Below, one piece after another: positions 53,501 through 61,002 of a stretch of DNA of 64,000 bases; position 1 is the stretch's first letter; each line of letters begins with the position of its first letter. This DNA comes from Phoronis australis (lineage: Eukaryota > Animalia > Phoronida), in NCBI GenBank assembly GCA_002633005.1, contig NMRA01000101.1, forward strand, positions 713,804-777,803. The letters are read 5' to 3'. The notes under the pieces were generated by a model that saw only the letters and a program-made list of their open reading frames with translations, was not told the origin of the DNA and searched no databases. The position numbers and the translations under genes were made by a program.

Positions 53501-56500
53501 GGTGTCATCTTCCTAATAGATACCTATTTGCTAAATTTCATGAGAACCTGTTAACGAACATCGAAGATACAGAGGCAAACGTAAAAATTACAACTGCCAC
53601 TAGGGGGCACACCGGTAGTCAAATCTTCCGAAAATTCACTCATGCCGTCCCATCCATGAAAAGAACATACATGTGAAATTTCATGAATGTACATTCAGGG
53701 GTTTTAGAGATACAGCAGCAGACAAAGGCCAGCCGGATGGACAGAGATAATGGCATAATTATATGTGGGCGCATAAGAATGATGCATTGCACGAAATACT
53801 TTCATTAGATCTAAAAACAAATCTCAACACAATTTCAGAGAACAAGGCCTATGCTTTTAAATATGAGCACCAGTTCATCTTCGGGAAGAATCTCGTCAAA
53901 ACGACTCCAAAAGATCATGACACTCAAACCCATTTCTCTCAAGTTATCAGACAAACGGATGTCAATACGTACTTTGCTTCCCTCCTCTAAATTCTGTTCC
54001 TCATACTTCTTAATCTTGGTCTCCGCCTGACTCAGTTGATATTGTAGTTGTTCCACCTGGTCACTCAGACTAGACGAGACAGTCTCACGATCTTTTGCGT
54101 TACACTTTTCAGCTTCAAGTGCAGTCTGCAATCAGAGGTTTGTAAAAATACTGACTACACACTTTTGAACCAGACTTCTTTCCACTGTTACAGTATTGTG
54201 TAGTGCCAAAGCACTATTGAAGCACTGGGTTATATGTTATGTGTTATATGGATCACCGCAGAAAGACAGCAACGAGCTGCGCAGTCAACCTCAACTTAAC
54301 AATAGCTGAGCTGACTGTCAGCATGAGAACAATTGAATGAACTGGTGGCTAGCTCATTCAATTATTGGTGTATTTAAAAACCCGACGATCACCGCACAAA
54401 TAAACACCTTGTATTTAAACACCTTGATGTGAGCTGTCAACTCAGCCAGCTTTCACACGAGGCATACAGCTCAGCTCGAGGCTCTCCATTCGCAGCAGCC
54501 ATAAAACTTATCTCTGACCTGAACGTCTTTGATCCATGCAGACCCCCAGGTGCCCCCCTTGACTTACCTTGAGTGCCCCCAACTCAACTTCCAGTCTATC
54601 CGCACGGCTCTCTTGCTCCTTCACCTTCCTCTCCAAGTCCACCACATGTTCTCCATCCTTCTCTGTCTTACACTCCAGGTCACCCTTGTTGATCTCCTCC
54701 TCTTCAATTTGGAACTGAAGATCCTCAATCTTCCTGTTCACCAAAGGCAAGACAAAGATATGAGAACAATATTAACTACAGACCAGAACTGAAGATCCTC
54801 AATCTTCCTGTTCACCAATGGCAAGATAAAGATATGAGAACAATATCAACTACAGACCAGAACTGAAGATCCTCAATCTTCCTGTTCACCAATGGCAAGA
54901 TAAAGATATGAGAACAATATCAATTACAGACCAGAACTGAAGATCCTCAATCTTCCTGTTCACCAAAGGCAAGATAAAGATATGAGAACAATATCAATTA
55001 CAGACCAGAACTGAAGATCCTCAATCTTCCTGTTCACCAATGGCAAGATAAAGATATGAGAACAATATCAATTACAGACCAGAACTGAAGATCCTCAATC
55101 TTCCTGTTCACCAATGGCAAGATAAAGATATGAGAACAATATCAATTACAGACCAGAACTGAAGATCCTCAATCTTCCTGTTCACCAAAGGCAAGATAAA
55201 GATATGAGAACAATATCAACTACAGACCAGAACTGAAGATCCTCAATCTTCCTGTTCACCAAAGGCAAGACAAAGATATGAGAACAATATCAACTACAGA
55301 CCAGTTGTCTGAAGGCAATAGTTACCCAGAATGAACATTTAAATTAAAGTTTGCTTTTAACATGAATGAATTAAGGTTAGATGACTGGTATGCCAAGAGC
55401 TCCATTCAGAGAGCACCATTGTCATTGAAGGAAATTATTTCTGAATTTACATTGAAATTTGTTTTGAATACTTCTCTATTAATTTTTCGTTACCCTATTA
55501 AATAATGTTTGACTTGAATGCCAGAGTTGCACTGTTACAAGGTCACTGCGAATCTGCCGATCATCAAGCTGGAGAATTTCCCATAGTTGGCCCACTGACA
55601 ATTTAATGCGAGATAACTACATTTCAATGACATGGACAGAAGTCAGTTTTACCAAATTCTGAACGCAAATCAAGTTTTTTTAAAGAACTTTCAATTGATC
55701 TTTAACCTGTCCACTTGTGCTTGATGTAGGCATAATGTTTTCTAAATTATTCATCATCTGTGTTAACTTAATTCAAATTCAACAAGATCCTCATTCAAGA
55801 TTTGAGTTTAAAATGTCAGACTGAGACAAGACGCAACCATGTACAGTTTAGGCAGAGCAAGAATTTCAACCAAACTTTTCATTGACTAAGATAGTGTTTT
55901 TTCAACTGAAATCTTGAATACTCTACCTGGTGAATACCTGCCTCAACATACAATTGCTGTACATCCAAAAACAATGTGTGTGCATCTTAGCTCGAAAATT
56001 AGCAAAAAAACCAAACAATTTTGTCATTGCACCCAGGGTTATGCGTATCCCCAAACTATATACAGCACTGGGAAATGCAGTGAATCAACGAACCACAGTT
56101 TCACACATACATCATTACCAGTTGTCTGTGAGTCATTGCTGATGCAGTAGTCAAGTGTTTGACTTAAAATACACACAGCCATGGGTTTGAAATCCGCTGA
56201 GGGATTTTTATTGAAGTTGGAATTTAGCTTTCCTATAGATCATGGACACAATACTCAAAAAAAATATATAATAAACATTTATAAGTCAAGCCCAAAGCAA
56301 ATCCAGCATGACAAAAGAAATACATCTTATCAGTGAGAACCAGGCAACCCGTAAAAATCACTGCATGTGAGGCGTATGCAACCACAGATAAGCAAGTACA
56401 CAACACTAACTTCCAAATAAAGTTGACTGGAAGAATGCACTTATAGAACTGATGATTTCCCAAACATAGGACACTGCTTCTTGCCCCAACAAATTACCTT

Positions 56501-59500
56501 TTTTGATCGTCCATCTTCTCCAGCATGTCGGCCTTCTCCGCCTCAAGTGCACTGACGCTGGCACGGAGGTCCAACACTGTCTGGTCTGTGACATCCCTGA
56601 ATCGTTCATGCTCTGTCTTTAAGTTAATGAGTTTCGTCTCTGCCTTTAAAAGTCACCATAGTTGGTATTGATAAAAGAGAAGACAGGGTTGGCGACTACA
56701 CACGTTGCACTTGGATCAGGATGAGAGTGCATATTTTTGCATGAGAATAAAAATGATTGACTTATTTCGATACTAATAATCCACAAGTGACGAAAACTAA
56801 TAAAAAATATTCATTTTTTAAACATCTACAGCAATTCTGCACATTTAAGAAGCCTTTTTGATAACTTCGGTAACAAGAGATATTAAAAAAGTTGATGGTC
56901 CAAGCCCAGGGAGAACTGCAAAAAATAAACATGCTGACATGCAGAGGGGAAAAGAACTTTATGAAATAAATAGCTTCTCACAACAGGCAAACACAGATAC
57001 TTGTACCTAGGAATGCGCCTTCTTCTCGCAACAGGCAAAAACAGGCACTTGTACCAAATACGCAATGTGCCTACTTCACATACGAGAGAAAACTTGTCCC
57101 TAAGTTATTCATGAAAGGAATTAACCACAAAGTTACGCATGCTTCATCCAATTAGCACATCAACTTACAACTTGATTTTTAAAACCTAATTAGAACGAGT
57201 AGAAAAACGAACAAAATACACAAACAGAACACAAGACGACACCAGCGATGTTTCTTTACAATAACTGGCATTATTATTTTCCCATAGAGGAAAGTCCCAC
57301 GTGCAAGCACAAAAGTATGCACTAGCTGGCATACTATAAGTGCTGGTTGGAAAGCCATCAGCCATTGAGTGAGAAAAGACACAGGCCATACATAGGCACT
57401 ACAGTCAACTCATCAATTGATGCTACCTCAGCTAAGTGAATACAGTAGTAAAGAAAATGTGATTTCTTGTGCACAGAAGTGAACTCCCAGATTTAAAACA
57501 TTAAAATTTGTTCTATGTTAACGATCTAGAACACGAGCAATCCTAGAGCATAGATACACACACATCATGTGCATCACAAATGGCAGACATAAGGTTAGGG
57601 TGCTAGATTTTTCAAACAATTCCACACACCACAGTGAGTAACTTCAATGACCTTACACCTGAAATTCCGGGTGCAGTTTCAGTCATCCTTTAGCAAATTA
57701 ATGCAATGCTGGTAAATATTGAGATTTCCGAAAAGAAAACTGCAATTGCTGCAAGGAACACTGCAGCAGTCAGATCTATCCAATAATTGACGCCAATCAC
57801 GCTCACATTGATGGACACTTATTTGCCATATCTCCCAGAGGTTTGGAAAATATCAATAAACATATCTCCCATTCAAACAAACACATCCTAACTTTTTACA
57901 AACGAATCTTTCACACATAAACATCTCTCCTTCGTGTAAACACATACAAATACACCAGTCCTTTACACAAACACATCTCTGATTCATACAAACACACCCC
58001 TCCTTCATACATTCTCATCTCTTTCATGCAAACCGCCTCTCCTTTATACTAAGGCATCCCTCCTTCACATATACACATCCCTCCTTCATGCAAACAATTT
58101 TCTCCTTCATTTAAACAAATCCCTCTTTCAGACAACGCATCTCTTCTTCAGAGAAAGACATATCTCCTTCACACATACAAACACATCTCTCATGCATTCA
58201 ATCACATCCATCCTTGATACAAAAACATCCCTCCTTCACACAAACACAACCCTCCTTCACACAAATACAACCCTCCTTCACACAAACACAACCCTCCTTC
58301 ACACAAACACAACCCTCCTTCACACAAACACATCCCTACTTCACACAAACACATCCCTACTTCACACAAATGCATTCCTTCTTCATGTCAAACACTTCTC
58401 TGCTTTACACAAACACATTTCTCCTTCATACATAGAAGCATATCCCTCCTTCATGAAAACACATCTCTCCTTCATACATAAAACACATCCCTCCCACTTA
58501 AAAACACATCCCTCCCACTTAAAAACACCTCCCTCCTTCTTAAAAACACCTCCCTCCTTAAAAACACCTCCCTCCTTCTTAAAAACACATCCCTCCTTCA
58601 TACAAACTTTTCTCTCCTTCATAGAAATACATCTCTCCTTCACACAAACACACCCATCATGTTTCATAAGGATCCATCAAGAGACTTGGCAGATATAAAA
58701 GCAAATACAAAAAAATGCCACCAGGTGGCAAAGCAATAGCTGAATTTGTCTGAGCGAATCCTCGTTTGTCATCACATTCATATCAACATAATGCCAAATT
58801 TCATGAAGATACAGCAAGTTCAGGAGATTCATTTGTGCATGCTGTACAAACGTACAGACGAACAGACAAACAGATGAAGGACAGAGATGATCATAATAGG
58901 CAGCCACATACATGTATGTGAGTGCATACACCAACAGAGAACTACCATGCAGTGGAATGAACAATCATGCAGGTGGTCTACAGACATGCAACAGCATGCT
59001 GACTATCAGACTTACTAGAAACAGTAAGAATATATGACATCTTCCCTGTTGGCTGACACATCCCGAGCTTACTTACAGAATAACAAGTCTGGGAAATAAT
59101 TTCAAACTTTTGCAAGAAATGACCACTATCTTTTTCTGTCCAACAATTGTTAACGCATCAAAGATTGCTAAGCAAACAAGACGCCGGTCACCAATATATG
59201 TTTTCATAAATGTCTTGCGGAAAATAAGTGTTTTAACAAAATGCAAATTCAGCGAAAAGAACATGGCAACTTTTGAGCCAGTGTTAATCAACCACCCTAC
59301 ATGCCAGTGTTAGAAATTCTACAGGAATAACCTCTTTCCAACAGGCAAACAATCATGTCTAACCTCCTCAATTCTTTCATCGTACGATTTACGGAGCTGC
59401 TGGTAAAAATAACGAAGAAGAGGGATATTAGCAACTTATGTGGTGGCAGTGGATGCAAGCAACCAACAAATAGCAATAGTAACAGTGACAGAGCACACAA

Positions 59501-61002
59501 TCCACTGATAAGCCCGGTCATGATTTGTCAATAGTAACTGTGACAGTGGAGACAATCCACTGATAACCCCAGTCATGTCTTGCCAACAGTAACTGTGACA
59601 GTGCGCACATACCACTGATGAGCCCAGTCATGTCTCGTCAATAGTAACTGTGACAGTGTGCATAAACCTCTGATAAGCCAAATCATGTCTCATCAATAGT
59701 AACTGTGACAATGCACACCTACCACTGATAAGCCCAGTCATGTCTCCTCAATAGTAACTGTGACAATGCACACCTACCTCTGATAAGTCCAGTCATGTCT
59801 TGTCAATAGTAACTGTGACAGTGTGCACAAACCACTGATAAGCCCAGTCATGTCTCCTCAATAGTAACTGTGACAATGCACACCTACCACTGATAAGCAC
59901 AGTCATGTCTCCTCAATAGTAACTGTGACAATGCACACCTACCTCTGATAAGCCCAGCCATGTCTCGTCAATAGTAATTATGACAAGTGTGCACACACCA
60001 CTAATAAGCCCAGTCATGTCCTATCAGCACCACCATAGTTACATCAGATGCCAAGATATCATTAACTGCATTGAATTGTGAATTTCAGTAACAGCAAATG
60101 GGCATGTTCCACAACACATGCTCTTGCGTTGGAAAATGAATGGACAAAATGTGCTAAATCACAACAGAAAGTAAACATAATTACAACAAAGTACAATGAT
60201 GTACAAGACAAATGTGACAAAAGAACTATCACTTGACTAAACACAACTTAATACAACACAGGTTGTGAAAAGAATGGAGCATTACAGAGGCTACCAACAA
60301 TATACCTACTTCATCAACTTGGGCAGCTGACCTAGCAACCTCTGACCTTTCCAGGTCACGTTCCCGTAGCAACTGTTCAATGTGTTCCTCCTTCTCTTTC
60401 AGTGCTTTCTGAAAATCACACAACAGAAACCATTAGATAAACTAAAATGTGATTTTACGTTACAACAATTCAAGCCGGGATTTGTTACTGAAATCAAAAT
60501 GAGATAAAATAGATGATCCACAAAAACTAAAGAGATGCTGTCACTGTCATGCCAGCTTAAACTAATTCAAAGTTTTCCAGTTACAACACTCCCTAAACTG
60601 TCCTCTTGCCAGGAGGTTACACTATTTGACACCTACAGATTCCAGTTACAGAGAGATACTCCAACAAATTTCAAACAAAACTAATTGACAAAATGTCACT
60701 CCATCACAGATTTTAAACATTGCTGTGAATGTTGTCAATTCTTCATGAAACACAGTCCGATGGTAGTTTTCATACAGAACTAGAAAATGCAAAAAACTGG
60801 AAAAAATAAATCCTCACTAGTCAGCTGTAATGTGGTGAAATTTTACACATACAAAGCAACTGTTGGTTCATTCACAGGAGTCAACCTTCATTACACTCCG
60901 CGAGGTGACCAATGGCCAAGCTTCACTGCCTACCTGCAAGGCTGTTGTGTTTGCCGTTATGTTCAGAGTACTGGGTCTTTTACTGCTGGCCTTTGCAGCT
61001 GC
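24610..61002 (-). CDS. CLIP1: CAP-Gly domain-containing linker protein 1 (CLIP-170/restin) orthologue, 5'-partial, 22 coding exons in window
   Basis: Hand-spliced GT-AG exons join in frame (2757 nt). Recognised CLIP-170 motifs: [123 protein letters not shown], terminal EETF*. Confidence 0.93.
24998..25092. repeat. 42-bp tandem repeat, about 2.3 copies, next to a single-N join
   Basis: aaacaggactgacgcacctaaaaacatgaccg.cccaccac repeated. Confidence 0.8.
25445..25611 (-). CDS. CLIP1: CLIP1 zinc-knuckle exon ([20 protein letters not shown]...ERPYCDNCE)
   Basis: ttttcag|...|gtgggt; CCHC CLIP1 zinc knuckle. Confidence 0.95.
26335..26530 (-). CDS. CLIP1: CLIP1 exon (…[23 protein letters not shown]…), phase 1-2
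   Basis: ctttag|...|gtgaga; conserved Q.DFLNSVI.DLQ.KN motif. Confidence 0.92.
27600..27762 (-). CDS. CLIP1: CLIP1 exon (ITSLTGEM...QLEQQ), phase 0-1
   Basis: ttgcag|...|gtaggt. Confidence 0.85.
28060..28526. repeat. ~60-65-bp minisatellite starting at a CLIP1 donor site
   Basis: tacctc...ctccactgcagttgaactgttcaaagact...ggatac, about 7-8 copies. Confidence 0.85.
28524..28641 (-). CDS. CLIP1: CLIP1 exon ([12 protein letters not shown]...TVKDK), phase 2-0
   Basis: tttcag|...|gtagtg; alternative in-frame acceptor at 28635. Confidence 0.82.
29465..30240 (+). mobile_element. Non-autonomous dispersed element with internal gaccttgaaaatgaggtcaa subrepeats
   Basis: Starts aacaag; repeated aaggtcaa(a)gtcaccaaaa and ttcttgagat motifs; ends with the weak hairpin tgtcc...ggaca. 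Confidence 0.5.
30668..32075 (+). mobile_element. Diverged near-full-length CCACTAG-subunit element
   Basis: 5' end aagagcaat...gtgtgcatcgcat shared with 52101; motifs at about 30897, 31599 and 31874. Confidence 0.8.
32954..33006 (-). CDS. CLIP1: CLIP1 exon ([17 protein letters not shown]), phase 0-2
   Basis: ttttccag|...|gtaggt. Confidence 0.85.
33803..33923 (-). CDS. CLIP1: CLIP1 exon ([14 protein letters not shown]...GERDK), phase 2-0
   Basis: ttacag|...|gtaatg. Confidence 0.87.
33919..34420. repeat. 37-bp minisatellite (about 13 copies) containing a CLIP1 3' splice site
   Basis: cctcactgtaatacacatcacaatataatcagcctga units. Confidence 0.9.
34772..34878 (-). CDS. CLIP1: CLIP1 exon ([15 protein letters not shown]...LGKQL), phase 0-2
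   Basis: caccag|...|gtgagt. Confidence 0.87.
35163..35300 (-). CDS. CLIP1: CLIP1 coiled-coil exon (LTRASSELK...NQLLSQ)
   Basis: ttgcag|...|gtaacg; 138 nt. Confidence 0.87.
35790..36017 (-). CDS. CLIP1: CLIP1 coiled-coil exon ([14 protein letters not shown]...EREKDE)
   Basis: gtatag|...|gtacgt; 228 nt, open. Confidence 0.88.
36975..37190 (-). CDS. CLIP1: CLIP1 coiled-coil exon ([11 protein letters not shown]...TERDNVK)
   Basis: ttccag|...|gtgagt; 216 nt, open. Confidence 0.88.
37445..38425 (+). mobile_element. CCACTAG-subunit element, 5'-truncated (allelic copy 38773-39587)
   Basis: Six subunits; 3' hairpin cgaccacata...tatgtgggcg followed by cataa. Confidence 0.8.
39833..39998 (-). CDS. 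CLIP1: CLIP1 exon (KLEETHQNL...QERLDDL), phase 2-0; truncated allelic copy at 38703-38771
   Basis: ttacag|...|gttagt. Confidence 0.88.
41275..41875. repeat. 26-bp minisatellite with a homogeneous core
   Basis: tatgccaatgacacgtatcactaatt units. Confidence 0.92.
42078..42166 (-). CDS. CLIP1: CLIP1 exon ([30 protein letters not shown]), phase 0-2
   Basis: ttccaag|...|gttggt; resembles the conserved SGDNSSQL..MN..LR.KER segment. Confidence 0.9.
42835..42902 (-). CDS. CLIP1: CLIP1 exon ([23 protein letters not shown]), phase 1-0; allelic copy at 43854-43921
   Basis: caacag|...|gtaagt; the second copy lies in an inserted alternate-haplotype contig. Confidence 0.85.
44030..44660 (+). mobile_element. 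CCACTAG-subunit element fragment (allele of 43010-43286 plus 45301-45745)
   Basis: ggccactaggtagtgc, ggccactaggtggcac, gccactaggtgacat; 3' hairpin cacccaca..tgcgggtg. Confidence 0.75.
45078..45299. repeat. 44-bp tandem repeat, at least 5 copies, ending at a contig break
   Basis: gtggagatggtgacatctacttgacatgcatactattgtattca. Confidence 0.92.
46210..46293 (-). CDS. CLIP1: CLIP1 exon ([28 protein letters not shown]), phase 1-1
   Basis: tttgcag|...|gtactg; frame continuity. Confidence 0.85.
46871..46928 (-). CDS. CLIP1: CLIP1 exon ([19 protein letters not shown]), phase 0-1
   Basis: ttttag|...|gtgagt. Confidence 0.85.
48330..49050. repeat. Degenerate ~30-bp minisatellite
   Basis: gcttatctgtgtgaaatacaggacatat variants. 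Confidence 0.8.
51989..52093 (-). CDS. CLIP1: CLIP1 coiled-coil exon ([21 protein letters not shown]...); alternative donor extends it to 51977
   Basis: atttag|...|gtgagt; second gtgagt 12 nt further, also in frame. Confidence 0.85.
52101..53778 (+). mobile_element. Full-length (~1.68 kb) non-autonomous element with internal higher-order tandem repeat (HINE/Helentron-like, tentative)
   Basis: Starts acaagagcaat, ends tatgtgggcgcataa; about 10 subunits with ccactag(g/a)ggc motifs; no ORF. Ends defined by comparison with other copies in the window. Confidence 0.8.
53973..54125 (-). CDS. CLIP1: CLIP1 coiled-coil exon (TALEAEK...EEGSK)
   Basis: ttgcag|...|gtacgt; 153 nt, open. Confidence 0.88.
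54568..54733 (-). CDS. CLIP1: CLIP1 exon ([20 protein letters not shown]...ELGALK), phase 2-0
   Basis: aacag|...|gtaagt; conserved CLIP motif. Confidence 0.92.
54712..55304. repeat. 74-bp tandem repeat, 8 near-identical copies, spanning a CLIP1 intron-exon boundary
   Basis: Unit starts at 54712, 54786, 54860, 54934, 55008, 55082, 55156 and 55230. Confidence 0.97.
56498..56643 (-). CDS. CLIP1: CLIP1 exon ([15 protein letters not shown]...MDDQKR), phase 0-2
   Basis: tttaaag|...|gtaatt; joins in frame to RKIEDLQF. Confidence 0.88.
57860..58660. repeat. 21-bp C/A-rich minisatellite
   Basis: acacaaacacatccctccttc units; explains the repetitive pseudo-ORFs at 58192-58698. Confidence 0.92.
58660..58930 (+). 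mobile_element. 3' fragment of the CCACTAG-subunit element family
   Basis: tgccaccaggtggcaa, gccaaatttcatgaagat, acag repeats, ccacatacatgtatgtg hairpin. Confidence 0.65.
59475..60020. repeat. 55-bp minisatellite, about 10 copies
   Basis: aatagtaactgtgacaatgcacacctaccactgataagcccagtcatgtctcctc. Confidence 0.93.
60310..60408 (-). CDS. CLIP1: CLIP1 exon ([33 protein letters not shown])
   Basis: ttttcag|...|gtaggt; 99 nt; conserved CLIP motif. Confidence 0.93.
60934..61002 (-). CDS. CLIP1: CLIP1 exon ([23 protein letters not shown]), phase 0-0
   Basis: tttcag|...|gtaggc; ends in TTALQ, as CLIP-170 does just before ALKEK. Confidence 0.85.

Noticed and set aside
54712-55304. CRISPR-like regular array (also at 33.9, 41.3 and 59.5 kb)
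   Set aside because: Units are wholly repeated with no unique spacers, there are no cas genes, and the context is a eukaryotic intron.
58192-58698. Repetitive His/Thr-rich ORFs
   Set aside because: Translation of a 21-bp intronic minisatellite.
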